Source: a virus (lineage: Duplodnaviria > Caudoviricetes). Taken from it: a DNA stretch of 57,340 bases. The DNA lies in the IMG/VR virus record IMGVR_UViG_3300012001_000138, positions 1 through 57,340 of that record; one strand, written 5' to 3'. The first letter of the stretch is position 1. Each line of letters begins with the position of its first letter. The notes below the pieces were generated by a model. That model was given only the letters and a program-made list of their open reading frames with translations. It was not told the origin of the DNA and ran no database searches. Both the position numbers and the translations under genes were made by a program. Positions 9,117 to 18,413 of the stretch are shown in pieces.

Positions 9117-9337
9117 TGGGTAGGGAAGCGTCCTACACGCCGTCCGTGAAGCCCGCCCGCGGGATCGTTGTCACCCTCAAGGGAATGCCGGGGACGTGGC
9201 AGCTTTCCGATAAGTCCCCGACCCGCGGCCATTGGTGGGCTGTGGCGATGGATGATGCCGCGAAAGCCCACGCCAGCTACACCGAAGCGACCGTCCGGGA
9301 TATGACCCGTGCGGCGTCCCTGAAAGGAACCCGATGA
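9116..9337 (+). CDS. Hypothetical protein
   Basis: TGATG-coupled ORF. Confidence 0.5.
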   Translation: MGREASYTPSVKPARGIVVTLKGMPGTWQLSDKSPTRGHWWAVAMDDAAKAHASYTEATVRDMTRAASLKGTR

Positions 9338-9840
9338 CCCCGCCACTGTCCAAGACCAAGTCGACCCTCCTGACCCCGGAGGAGACCGGCCGTGCCGCGG
9401 CCGGGATCAAGCTGCTGGCCGCGTCCAAGGGATACACCCGGTACACCGACCTCCACACCGCACTGACAGCGGCCGGCTACCCGGGCTCGTATGCGACGTT
9501 CGGGCGCCTGATGAACGCGGTCCGGCCCGCGCAGGAGTCCGAGGTGTCCGCGATTGCCCGGTTCTTCGGCGTCCAGCCGCGGGACCTGACCGGGGCTGCT
9601 GTGAACCCGGTCAAGGACCCTACCCCGCCGCGGCTGGTCGAGTACGACCTGCCGGTCCCGGAGGTGGCGGAGGGTCTCAAGCGGCTACCCCTGCCGGTCG
9701 GACGCAAACCCAAGGCCGCGAAGCTGGACCCGGGGCAGTTCCAAGCCCTCGCTGACGCCATCACGGAGCTAACGACGGCTGTGCGCGAGTTCGGCAAGGC
9801 TACGGGCGCACGGCGGGTCCCGCTGCAGGAAGTTTCCTGA
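9334..9840 (+). CDS. HTH (XRE-like) DNA-binding protein
   Basis: SYATFGRLMNAVR...EVSAIARFFGVQPRDL. Confidence 0.65.
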   Translation: MTPPLSKTKSTLLTPEETGRAAAGIKLLAASKGYTRYTDLHTALTAAGYPGSYATFGRLMNAVRPAQESEVSAIARFFGVQPRDLTGAAVNPVKDPTPPRLVEYDLPVPEVAEGLKRLPLPVGRKPKAAKLDPGQFQALADAITELTTAVREFGKATGARRVPLQEVS

Positions 9841-9856
9841 CAGGCTTGTGAAGTAT

Positions 9857-9896
9857 GGTGGACTGTTGTTACAGTTACGAGTAACAGCAGTCCACC
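9857..9896. promoter_or_regulatory. 16-bp inverted repeat (hairpin or operator)
   Basis: GGTGGACTGTTGTTAC-AGTTACGA-GTAACAGCAGTCCACC, one G-U pair. Confidence 0.65.
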
Positions 9897-9912
9897 AACC
9901 AAGGAGCACAAA

Positions 9913-10134
9913 ATGAGCGAAGCAACCAACCCCACCCCACCCGACATCCAGAACTGGCTCCGCGCAGGTTCAGTCAAGCACGACGACATCCACTCGCTCC
10001 GCATCGACCGCACCCTTACCCCGGGAGTGGCGGAGAAGCGGAACTGGCGCTGCACCTGCGGCCACGACTTCGGCCTCCTCTACGACAACGCAGCCAAGGG
10101 CGCCTACCGCCTCCACCGCAAAGAATCCAACTAG
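9913..10134 (+). CDS. Small Cys/His hypothetical protein
   Basis: AAGGAG RBS; WRCTCG motif. Confidence 0.6.
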   Translation: MSEATNPTPPDIQNWLRAGSVKHDDIHSLRIDRTLTPGVAEKRNWRCTCGHDFGLLYDNAAKGAYRLHRKESN

Positions 10135-10140
10135 CCCACC

Positions 10141-10164
10141 CGGGAGGGGCTCCGGCCCCTCCCG
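10141..10164 (+). terminator. GC-rich hairpin
   Basis: CGGGAGGGGC-TCCG-GCCCCTCCCG; no U-tract. Confidence 0.5.
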
Positions 10165-10182
10165 CAACCAAGGAGCCTCCCC

Positions 10183-10419
10183 ATGGATGAAGACGCTTAC
10201 CTTGTCCACCGTCACCACTGCACCTCAGTCCCCGGGGACACCCTCGACGTCTGGAAGCCCGTCAACCCGCAGGGGGACCCGTCCATTCAGATCAACCAGA
10301 CCGACGGGGACTCGGCCTTCGTCACCTACGCCGCCGATCAGGCCCTCGCACTCGCGGAGGCCATCCTCGAAGCCGCAGGGCTCAGCGACACCTACCGGAT
10401 TCGGAACGAACACGGGTAA
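10183..10419 (+). CDS. Hypothetical protein
   Basis: AAGGAG RBS. Confidence 0.55.
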   Translation: MDEDAYLVHRHHCTSVPGDTLDVWKPVNPQGDPSIQINQTDGDSAFVTYAADQALALAEAILEAAGLSDTYRIRNEHG

Positions 10420-10557
10420 CACGACCCGCGGGTACTAGGAATTTCGCTGTAACCGCGTTACGCTCAACAGGTACCACAAACCCCAACCAGCAGGCGGCAA
10501 GCCTGCAACAACCAAGGAGACAACCATGTCCAAAACCAGCCACCCCGGGACCACCTA

Positions 10558-10845
10558 ATGCCGTCCACCCCAGCCGTCGAGCTCCTCCCCGCCCAGTGGG
10601 ACGAGGGCATCCTCATCGCCCACCCCGCAGCGGTCATGCACTTCCTCGGCGTGGACGTCATGGTCCAGCGCTCCGTGATCGACGGAAAAATCCTTGTCAC
10701 CCTCGACGGTGACGACGAGGCCACCCGCATCGACCTCAACGACGGCACCGTTTTCAACGGCCCCGGCGAACCCACCCACCTCAGCGCCGAAGCCGTGCAG
10801 GCCGCCAAGGACTGGAACAACACCCCCATGGAGGACCTCCGATGA
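10558..10845 (+). CDS. Hypothetical protein
   Basis: ORF with phage-like codon usage; coupled to the next gene. Confidence 0.55.
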   Translation: MPSTPAVELLPAQWDEGILIAHPAAVMHFLGVDVMVQRSVIDGKILVTLDGDDEATRIDLNDGTVFNGPGEPTHLSAEAVQAAKDWNNTPMEDLR

Positions 10846-11078
10846 ACCAGCACACCATCACCATCAGCGTCACCCTCGTAGGGGACGCCACCCCGGAAGC
10901 CACCACCGCGCGCCTCGCGGAAATCGCGGACGCCGTCGAAGAACTCATCGACGACCGGTACTGCCCGGACAACTCCAAGGACTCCATCGAAGCCCCCTAC
11001 AGGTTCGACCGGACCCGCCCACCCTTCGTCGCCCGAGTCAGCGCCGTCCACGCCGCAGAAATGACCCAAGCAGCATGA
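10842..11078 (+). CDS. Hypothetical protein
   Basis: GGAGG RBS, ATGA overlap. Confidence 0.55.
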   Translation: MNQHTITISVTLVGDATPEATTARLAEIADAVEELIDDRYCPDNSKDSIEAPYRFDRTRPPFVARVSAVHAAEMTQAA

Positions 11079-11362
11079 GCCGCCGTGTGGACGCACCCCA
11101 GACCACCAACGCCGACACGCCCCGCGCCGACCTGCTCCGGGCAGTAGCCCGGGAATGCGTGGCCCACTTCCCCCACGACGTCGACGAGTGCAGGCTCCAG
11201 CAGGCCCTCCCCCACAGTGACGCGAACACCATCACCACCGTGGAGCACATCACCGGCAAAACGGTTGACCTCAGCGGCCCCGGCAACCTCCCCGCACGCC
11301 TCCGCGCCGAGCTCCGCCGCTGGGCCATGCGCGACCAACTGAAAGGAACCACCCGTGGCTAA
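11075..11362 (+). CDS. Hypothetical protein
   Basis: ATGA overlap; MSRRVDAPQTT. Confidence 0.5.
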   Translation: MSRRVDAPQTTNADTPRADLLRAVARECVAHFPHDVDECRLQQALPHSDANTITTVEHITGKTVDLSGPGNLPARLRAELRRWAMRDQLKGTTRG

Positions 11363-11549
11363 CACCATCGTCTCCAAAACCATCCCCTACCCCGCCTGCG
11401 ACGAGAACATCGTCGTCACCGGCGCCCTCCGCCTCACCTCCGAACGGACCCCCGACAACCGGTCCGCCGTCGTCTTCGTCGAGTTCAACCAAGACGCCCT
11501 CGACCGCCACGCCGCCACGCACCTCAGCGACGAGGAAGCCGCAGCGTGA
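11355..11549 (+). CDS. Hypothetical protein
   Basis: AAAGGA RBS. Confidence 0.5.
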   Translation: MANTIVSKTIPYPACDENIVVTGALRLTSERTPDNRSAVVFVEFNQDALDRHAATHLSDEEAAA

Positions 11550-11980
11550 GCACCCACCCCAACTCCCGCACCAACGAGAACCGGGCCGGAACCACGTACC
11601 GGAAAACAGTGGACGTCAACGACTTCCTCACCCTCCAACGCACCGGCGCGACCGCCGCAGTCATCGCCGAACGCCTCGGCGTCACCCCACGCACCGTTGT
11701 CCGGCTCCGCTCCCGCCACGGGGTCGCCCAGCCCTACGCCCGCCACGCCCCCGTCAACGACGAGTGGAAAGCCCGCGTCAAAGACCTCCTCGACGACGGA
11801 GCCTCCATCTCCGACGTCTGCCGGACCCTGGACACCACCCACGACACCGTCAAACGCTATTTCCCCGACGCAGGGTGGACGAAGACCATGGCCTCGCACT
11901 ACGCCCGGGCAGTGCGCACCGCCAACGAAACACTCCGCCGCAACGGCCACGAACCGTTCAAGAACCTCGACCACAAGTAG
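11546..11980 (+). CDS. Double-HTH DNA-binding protein
   Basis: GATAAVIAERLGVTPRTVVRLR and LLDDGASISDVCRTL. Confidence 0.7.
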   Translation: MSTHPNSRTNENRAGTTYRKTVDVNDFLTLQRTGATAAVIAERLGVTPRTVVRLRSRHGVAQPYARHAPVNDEWKARVKDLLDDGASISDVCRTLDTTHDTVKRYFPDAGWTKTMASHYARAVRTANETLRRNGHEPFKNLDHK

Positions 11981-11988
11981 GAGCCCCC

Positions 11989-12357
11989 ATGGCCAAGACA
12001 GCCCCCACCGCGATCTACCAGATGACAGAGGGTGAAGTCCTCGTCCGTGGCACCACGGACCCCACAGAAGCCATCCGCATCATCGTCGAAGGCAACTACG
12101 AGGAGAACTGGCAGTGGGAGGAAATCATCGACGGCGCCTCCCGCGACGGAGTCATCGACCCCACCCTGACCGAGGACGACCGCGCCATCATGGTCGCCGA
12201 AGCCGCCGCCTTCTTCGACCGCCTCCTCAAGCCCCAGAACCACAGCACCGGCTGGTTCCGCCGGAACGTCCAAGCCCCCGGCGGCGACTACACATGGATG
12301 CTCGGGCACATGGACGGCCCCGGCCGCGGCAACTTCCGCGGCGTCCTGTTCGACTAA
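11989..12357 (+). CDS. Hypothetical protein
   Basis: AGGAG RBS; MAKTAPTAIY. Confidence 0.6.
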   Translation: MAKTAPTAIYQMTEGEVLVRGTTDPTEAIRIIVEGNYEENWQWEEIIDGASRDGVIDPTLTEDDRAIMVAEAAAFFDRLLKPQNHSTGWFRRNVQAPGGDYTWMLGHMDGPGRGNFRGVLFD

Positions 12358-12381
12358 CCACCACCAACCAAGGAGACCCCC

Positions 12382-12888
12382 ATGACCAAGCCCGAGAACC
12401 TCCCCGCACTCATCGCCGTCCTCAAGACCCGCGCGATCACCGAATCCGTCCTCCGCAGGGATGACCCGTACTACGACCTCGACAGCGGCGAGGCCTCCGC
12501 ATGGGACAAGACCGTCACCCCCGACGTCGTCCTGTCCCTCGTCTACGAACTCGAACGCCTCACCACCGCGACAGCCCCAGCCCACGAGTTCACCGGGACC
12601 GTCAAGCGGGCCGACGGCATCACCGTCACCGCCACCCTCACCGTCCCGGACACGCACCCCATGGCCACCCCCGGACCCCCGCGCCCATGGGACCGGGGCG
12701 AGGCCAGCAATCAGAACTTCATCGAGCTCGGGGAGCTCGCCATGATGGTCGCCCAGCGCGGCTACAGCATCGTCGAGAGCAACGAACGCTCCCGTGAACG
12801 CTGGGGCAAGCAAGACTATTGGGCCGACCTCCTCGACATCGCCCCACCCACCCCCGCCATCGAAGCCCCCAAGGAGACCGCCAAGTGA
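12382..12888 (+). CDS. Hypothetical protein
   Basis: AAGGAG RBS. Confidence 0.6.
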   Translation: MTKPENLPALIAVLKTRAITESVLRRDDPYYDLDSGEASAWDKTVTPDVVLSLVYELERLTTATAPAHEFTGTVKRADGITVTATLTVPDTHPMATPGPPRPWDRGEASNQNFIELGELAMMVAQRGYSIVESNERSRERWGKQDYWADLLDIAPPTPAIEAPKETAK

Positions 12889-13112
12889 CCACCGAAACGC
12901 CCACCCTGACCCCCGAGGTCAAGACGTGGAACCACTCCCGCAAGGGCCCCATCACCGGCACTATCGTCCACACCAGCGCCGACGGCGAATGGGTCGACAT
13001 CGAGCTCGCCACCGACCATGAGCTCCGGTATAACGCCACCAGCGGCCGCGTCGACGAGAAGGGCGAAGTCGTCCGGGTCCGCAAGTCGTTCCTCACCGAG
13101 GTAGCCCAGTGA
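12885..13112 (+). CDS. Hypothetical protein
   Basis: GTGA overlap, AAGGAG RBS. Confidence 0.55.
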   Translation: MTTETPTLTPEVKTWNHSRKGPITGTIVHTSADGEWVDIELATDHELRYNATSGRVDEKGEVVRVRKSFLTEVAQ

Positions 13113-13468
13113 CCACCACCGTCGAGGCCGCGGCCACCAACCCGCACCAGCCCACCGTCACCGAGAAGGCCATCACCTGCGGCGCCCCGGAATGCGGCTA
13201 CGCCATGCACCGCCACGGCAACCCGGACGGGACCAGCATGGACGAGTTCCTGCTCACCCTGTTCCAGCGCAACCACTCCGGGCAGTACGACGTCGGCCGC
13301 GCCCCGGACATCGCCGTCGACTGGGAAATCTCCGCCCTCTGCTCCGTCTGCCCCGACGGCATCGGCACGGTCGTCACCATCGACTCCGAAACCATCGCCT
13401 GCGAAGAATGCAACACCCACTGGAACCTCGACGGCACCGCCGGGGAACGCTCCGAGGGCGACCAGTGA
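13109..13468 (+). CDS. Cys-rich putative zinc-binding protein
   Basis: CGAPEC, CSVC and CEEC. Confidence 0.6.
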   Translation: MTTTVEAAATNPHQPTVTEKAITCGAPECGYAMHRHGNPDGTSMDEFLLTLFQRNHSGQYDVGRAPDIAVDWEISALCSVCPDGIGTVVTIDSETIACEECNTHWNLDGTAGERSEGDQ

Positions 13469-14043
13469 GCACCCGCAGCACAGCCCGCGCCAAGCTCGCC
13501 GCCCGCATGGAGGAATGCGTCGGGCGGGCGCCCATGACGTTCCTCGCCGACCCGCAGGTCCCGCTCCTCACCGCAGAACTCCTCATCCGCGACCTCCTCG
13601 AACTCGGCTGGACCAGTGAACCAACCATCGTTCACGTCCACCACGACACCGAAGCCCACGCCCGCAGCTTCAACGAAGGCTACGAGGCAGCAATCACGCA
13701 AGGTCTCGCGGACGACCCCACACTTGCCGACGACTGGCTGCAGACCAAGCTCCGGGAAGCGAGGGTGCAAGCACTCAGGGAAGCCGCGGAGGAACTGCCA
13801 TACCTCGACCGGCCCAAGAACATGCTCGTCCGGCAACAAGACGCCGCGCACTGGCTCCGCGCACGCGCCACAACCCTCGGGGAGGAAGATGAGCAACGGG
13901 TCCCCACCGACCACGGACCCAAGGCGAAAGCCCTCCGCGAGAAGTTCATGGCCCCCCCGGCATCCTGCCCCGCCCGGCTCACGGACGGCCGCAACGAACT
14001 CCGCTGCTGGCTCACCGCAGGCCACGAAGGGGACCACAAATGA
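13465..14043 (+). CDS. Hypothetical protein
   Basis: GTGA overlap; C-terminal C..C..H..H motif. Confidence 0.55.
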   Translation: MSTRSTARAKLAARMEECVGRAPMTFLADPQVPLLTAELLIRDLLELGWTSEPTIVHVHHDTEAHARSFNEGYEAAITQGLADDPTLADDWLQTKLREARVQALREAAEELPYLDRPKNMLVRQQDAAHWLRARATTLGEEDEQRVPTDHGPKAKALREKFMAPPASCPARLTDGRNELRCWLTAGHEGDHK

Positions 14044-14357
14044 GCCAACTCGACGACGCCCGGACCATCGCCAACGCATGGCGCGACGACCCCGACCTCA
14101 AGGTGGTCGCCCTCCGCACCGGCGGGCTCACCGTGGAGGAGTACCTCATCAGCCTCATCGCCGCGCAGGACTCCGCACTGTACGAGACCGGCGAGAAGCT
14201 CCGCGCAGCCACCACCAACACCACCCGCACCGAGGTCATCGAGGAGGTAGCCGCGTCGCTGGAGACCGCCCTCGAATGGGGTGGCGCCCACGGCCAACGC
14301 CAACGGCGCCCCAACAACTACGGCAACGCAGCCCGACACGTAAGGAGCCTCAAATGA
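14040..14357 (+). CDS. Hypothetical protein
   Basis: ATGA overlap. Confidence 0.55.
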   Translation: MSQLDDARTIANAWRDDPDLKVVALRTGGLTVEEYLISLIAAQDSALYETGEKLRAATTNTTRTEVIEEVAASLETALEWGGAHGQRQRRPNNYGNAARHVRSLK

Positions 14358-14662
14358 CAGCCACCCTCGAAAAGCTCACCGTCCCGCGCCGCTGGCGTGC
14401 ATGGTGCGAACCCTGCCAAGACGGATACCAAGGCGCCAAACCCACCGCCAAGAAGTGGGCCGACACGCACAACCTCCACCACCACCTCGCGGAGCTCACA
14501 GAGCAGGCCAAGACCACCCGTGAGCAGTGGTACACCACCGAAGGTCGCACCGACGAAATGATCCCGTGGGACGACTTCTCCAACCACGAGAAACGCCAAG
14601 CCCTCGCCTACTGGGCTGACCTGCCAATTGAAAAAATCGAGCCCGCGGCTACGCCGCAGTAA
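14354..14662 (+). CDS. Hypothetical protein with CxxC...H motif
   Basis: WRAWCEPCQD...WADTHN; TAAGGAG RBS. Confidence 0.55.
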   Translation: MTATLEKLTVPRRWRAWCEPCQDGYQGAKPTAKKWADTHNLHHHLAELTEQAKTTREQWYTTEGRTDEMIPWDDFSNHEKRQALAYWADLPIEKIEPAATPQ

Positions 14663-14675
14663 GGACCCTGCCACC

Positions 14676-14942
14676 ATGACCAGCCAGACCACCGAACTCA
14701 GCGCCGTCACCATCGGCTCACCAGAAACACCCCTCGTCATCATCTTCAACCGCCTCCCCAACGGCGACCTCGCAGCAGACCTCAAAGGCAACATGGACCC
14801 ACAAGAAGTCATCCACCAACTCCGCTTCATCGCAGACCACATCGAAAACAAGGGCATCCCCACCGCACACCCCGAACCCGAGAAGTGCGACCCCAAAAAC
14901 GGCACCCACACCACCCCACACAAAGGCTGCATCCTCCGCTAA
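14676..14942 (+). CDS. Hypothetical protein
   Basis: TAAGGA RBS. Confidence 0.55.
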   Translation: MTSQTTELSAVTIGSPETPLVIIFNRLPNGDLAADLKGNMDPQEVIHQLRFIADHIENKGIPTAHPEPEKCDPKNGTHTTPHKGCILR

Positions 14943-15185
14943 GAACAAGGTGTAAACCCAACACCAAACCCAGCCGAAACCTGATAGGGTCAAAACACAA
15001 GAACAAGCGCGGCGCCCCTGTTGGCTCTCCGCCGTTAAAACTTTCTGGGAGGGTTGCTTGGTGGTTGGTTTGCTTGTCTCTTCTGGTCTGATTTAGTTCT
15101 CAAGGTTTGCCCTGCGGCGTCATTGTCCCCCTCTGGCGTCGTGGGGCTTTTCTTGTCCCTCGTTACGCTTAGTGGTTGGAGTTTC

Positions 15186-15410
15186 ATGTACCTGTCAGTT
15201 GTGAAGAAGGTGGCTGTGGCGGCCGCGGGCATGGTCCTGCTGGCCTCGTTGGCTGGGTGTGGGCAGAACGCCGATACGAACAAGGACGGTTCGTTGGGCG
15301 GCGACTATTCGAATGCTGGCGGGTTCGTGAAGCTGTCGGATGGGCGGTCGGTCATGTGCGTGGCGTATGGCAATGGTGGCGTCTCCTGCGACTGGGACCA
15401 CGCCAAGTGA
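15186..15410 (+). CDS. Lipoprotein
   Basis: KK + hydrophobic stretch + lipobox LAG-C; mature region VKLSDGRSVMCV...GGVSCDW. Confidence 0.65.
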   Translation: MYLSVVKKVAVAAAGMVLLASLAGCGQNADTNKDGSLGGDYSNAGGFVKLSDGRSVMCVAYGNGGVSCDWDHAK

Positions 15411-15826
15411 CGGTGATGCGCGGGTTCATCCGCAAGGCGACAGCCCGCTATGGGGACACGCGGCTAACGCCGATGACCCATCAGTACACGATCGATACGT
15501 TTGTGGGTGAGGAGGGGCGGTTCCTTGCGGGGCAGCCCGTCACCCTCACGTCGGAGTACCACCAGTGCGAGCCCGCGGCCAAGCCCGAGGAGCCGTTGAC
15601 TGCTGCTGGCCTGTCCGCGGCGCACATTGGGTCACGGGTCCGGGTAGAGGTCCTTGGTGGGGCCGTGGTCGAGGACAAGCTGACCGCGGTCTTCGTCGGC
15701 GGCTCCCCGGCACGCATCAGCCTCACCTTCGAATACGTGAAGGCCTGCGCGGCGCTGTACGGCCCCCCTGACTTCGGTGTACTCCCGGACACCCCGGTCA
15801 CCATCGTCAAGGAGCCCACCAAGTGA
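15407..15826 (+). CDS. Hypothetical protein
   Basis: GTGA overlaps on both sides. Confidence 0.5.
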   Translation: MTVMRGFIRKATARYGDTRLTPMTHQYTIDTFVGEEGRFLAGQPVTLTSEYHQCEPAAKPEEPLTAAGLSAAHIGSRVRVEVLGGAVVEDKLTAVFVGGSPARISLTFEYVKACAALYGPPDFGVLPDTPVTIVKEPTK

Positions 15827-16131
15827 CCCGGGCCGCTGCACGCCCCGCGCTGGCCCTCGTAGCGCTTCTGGCAGCCGCGACCCTCACCGGCTGCGATAAC
15901 GGCTCCTGCACGGCCAGCGGGACACTGCAGGCCACCAGCGTCGTCCAGACCAAGGGAGGCGGTGGAGGTGGTGGGCACTCGTCCGGCGGTGGAGGCGGCC
16001 ATTCCTCCGGCGAAGGCACGTCCTCGGGCAGTCACGCCAGCGAAGAGGACACCAGCACCGGAGGCGGAGCCAACGTCCCTCACCCCCCTGTCACCAGTGG
16101 CGGGTCCGACTGCAAGAAAGCAACCCCATGA
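15823..16131 (+). CDS. Gly/Ser-rich lipoprotein
   Basis: Signal peptide + LTG-C; GGGGGGGHSSGGGGGHSS. Confidence 0.6.
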   Translation: MTRAAARPALALVALLAAATLTGCDNGSCTASGTLQATSVVQTKGGGGGGGHSSGGGGGHSSGEGTSSGSHASEEDTSTGGGANVPHPPVTSGGSDCKKATP

Positions 16132-16541
16132 ACCGAAGCGCTAGGCGCCTCTCTGCGGCCCTCGTAGCCGTCGCAGCGGTGGTTGCCCTGACAGGGTGCT
16201 CCGAGGGCGACGTGGCCATGGTGGCGGACGGCCCAGCCTGTTACCCGCCGCTCGCCTGCGGGACCTACTACCCCGTCCCCGCTTACCCCTACTACGCGCA
16301 CCCCTACATCGGGTATCTCCACGACCCCGCGCACGTCATCATCACCGGGGCAGGACCCCGCACGACCGTCATCTACCGGCCCTACAGCGCGCCTGTCCGG
16401 CCCGGGTTCCTCCCCGTGCCCAAGGACTTCAAACCAGCCCAGCAGGCGCCCGCCAAACAAGCCCCAGCACCCAAGCCAGCCCCAGCCAAGCCCGCAGCCC
16501 CAGCACTCCGCCCAGCCGCCCCAGCCCCAAGGAGCAAATGA
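16128..16541 (+). CDS. Pro/Tyr-rich lipoprotein
   Basis: Signal peptide + LTG-C; PAK/PAP-rich tail. Confidence 0.6.
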   Translation: MNRSARRLSAALVAVAAVVALTGCSEGDVAMVADGPACYPPLACGTYYPVPAYPYYAHPYIGYLHDPAHVIITGAGPRTTVIYRPYSAPVRPGFLPVPKDFKPAQQAPAKQAPAPKPAPAKPAAPALRPAAPAPRSK

Positions 16542-16825
16542 TGACTCAGCAAACCCCTGAGCCCGCCAAGGAGCCAGCGGAGCTCGTCGTCCCCGACTAC
16601 GAGCTCCGCGCGTCCCGCCGCGGCTACCTCATGGTCTACGGCAAACTCACCGAACACGAAGGCCGCCTCAACAACCTCCCCGAGGAGCCCGAACACTTCC
16701 GGCACTGCACCGGCACCTACGCCGCCGTCGCGGAAGTCGCCAAACGGCTCAACGAAACCCAGATCAGGTCCGGGTTCCTTGACTACCTCTACGCCCCCGA
16801 ACCCCGAAAGCTGGCCAACGCATGA
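16538..16825 (+). CDS. Hypothetical protein
   Basis: AAGGAG RBS, ATGA overlap. Confidence 0.55.
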   Translation: MMTQQTPEPAKEPAELVVPDYELRASRRGYLMVYGKLTEHEGRLNNLPEEPEHFRHCTGTYAAVAEVAKRLNETQIRSGFLDYLYAPEPRKLANA

Positions 16826-17052
16826 CCGCATTCATCCACCTCACCGACAAGGACGGGGACCCCGTCGCTCTCAAGGCTGACACCATCAACGGCGTCTACC
16901 GGAGCAGCGTCGAAAGCGGGGCGTTCTTCGCCCACGACCAGCAGGAACCAGCCCGCACCATCGTCGCCGCAGCGGCCGGTGGCTTCACCGTCATCCAGTC
17001 ACACCAAGAAGTCCTCGACCTCATCGCCGCCGCCGTGGAGCCCGCCAAGTGA
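16822..17052 (+). CDS. Hypothetical protein
   Basis: ATGA overlap. Confidence 0.55.
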   Translation: MTAFIHLTDKDGDPVALKADTINGVYRSSVESGAFFAHDQQEPARTIVAAAAGGFTVIQSHQEVLDLIAAAVEPAK

Positions 17053-17327
17053 AGGCCCGGCACGCCCGTCGTATCCGGTTAGGCATCCTGTCCGGACGCG
17101 CCCACGCCGCCGTCGCCGTCTGCATCACCCGGGGAAGGTACATCATCAAACCCGTGGCCGACCCGCTGGAGTGGAAAGCCACCACCCACACCCTCCGCAG
17201 GGCGTTCCGCCGGGCCCTGTTCCCCACCTTCATCGTGGGTGCCGAAGCCAACGGCACTTACGCCATCAGCCGCATCCCCGCCATCCCCTCGACCCTCACC
17301 AACCTCTCCGGGAAGAAGAAGAAATGA
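17049..17327 (+). CDS. Hypothetical basic protein
   Basis: GTGA overlap. Confidence 0.5.
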   Translation: MKARHARRIRLGILSGRAHAAVAVCITRGRYIIKPVADPLEWKATTHTLRRAFRRALFPTFIVGAEANGTYAISRIPAIPSTLTNLSGKKKK

Positions 17328-17677
17328 CCGTCGTAGACCCCTCAACCCTGTCCCACAAAGACCAGCACCGCCTCCGCGCCCAAATGGTCCGCGAAGGGCA
17401 ACGCACCCTCGACACCCAGAAGCTCCTCGACTACCGGGCAGCGAAACCCACCCACAAGCCGAAGCCCGCCAAGACCATGACCGTCACCGCCACGGACGGG
17501 ACCACCGCCACCATCGAAGTCACGGACGTCAAGGTCAGCAAAGTCATCCGGGACGGTCCGGTCAGCGCCTACTCCATGGCCATCGCCAACGCCACGACCC
17601 CGAAGCCACTGCCCAAGGCGGACACCAGCCACGGCCTCCTCGCCCGCCTCAACGCCAACCTCCGGGACGCCAAGTGA
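17324..17677 (+). CDS. Hypothetical protein
   Basis: ATGA overlap; MTVVDPST. Confidence 0.5.
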   Translation: MTVVDPSTLSHKDQHRLRAQMVREGQRTLDTQKLLDYRAAKPTHKPKPAKTMTVTATDGTTATIEVTDVKVSKVIRDGPVSAYSMAIANATTPKPLPKADTSHGLLARLNANLRDAK

Positions 17678-17889
17678 TCATCCTGTTCCTGTTCATCGCC
17701 GCCCTGTTCGTTGCCGCCCTCGTGGCCGTGTTCCTGTTCGGTGTCCGGTCCATCAACGACGTCCTGAACTGGCCCGGCGTCCGCCCCCACACCATCGCCA
17801 TCGGCGTCACCCTCCGCGTCCTCGCCATCGCCGCGGCCCTCGCCATCCTCCTCGGCACCCCCCTTATTGGCCTCGGCCTCGCCCACTAA
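17674..17889 (+). CDS. Two-TM membrane protein
   Basis: Two long hydrophobic stretches. Confidence 0.55.
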   Translation: MIILFLFIAALFVAALVAVFLFGVRSINDVLNWPGVRPHTIAIGVTLRVLAIAAALAILLGTPLIGLGLAH

Positions 17890-17907
17890 CCAGACGGAGA
17901 ACACACC

Positions 17908-18402
17908 TTGACCCACCGACTCACAGGCTCCATCACCACCGGATACGGAACAGACGCCGTCACCCGCTACTTCTGCGACTGCGGCCACTGGAACCGGACC
18001 TACGCCGCCACCCACGCACCAGACCATGAAGAGGTCGCCTCAGAGTGGGAGGAGCACCGGCAGCACGCCGCGGCTGAGGACCTCCGCACCGCCGCCACCA
18101 AGCCCACCACCCCGCCCGCCACACTGGACGCCCTCGTGGCCATCGCGCGGGCCCTCGCCGACACCGCTAAGGCAGGCGTCGCAGCCGCAGAGGCCCTGCA
18201 AGAGTTCGTGGACGCCCACAAGGAAGCCACAGACCGGGGCATCGGCGTCACCGTCGCCCGCCAACCGGACGGGTCCCTGACCTCCACCCCGAACGTGTTC
18301 GTCCCCGCCGGGACAGCGATCTTCATGGAACGCGATGACAGGCTCGACTACCTCCCACCACACCTCACCAAACTCGCCGCAACCCTCCCCGACGTAGCCT
18401 GA
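17908..18402 (+). CDS. Hypothetical protein
   Basis: GGAG RBS, TTG start; FCDCG motif. Confidence 0.55.
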   Translation: MTHRLTGSITTGYGTDAVTRYFCDCGHWNRTYAATHAPDHEEVASEWEEHRQHAAAEDLRTAATKPTTPPATLDALVAIARALADTAKAGVAAAEALQEFVDAHKEATDRGIGVTVARQPDGSLTSTPNVFVPAGTAIFMERDDRLDYLPPHLTKLAATLPDVA

Positions 18403-18413
18403 ACAGGAGCCCC

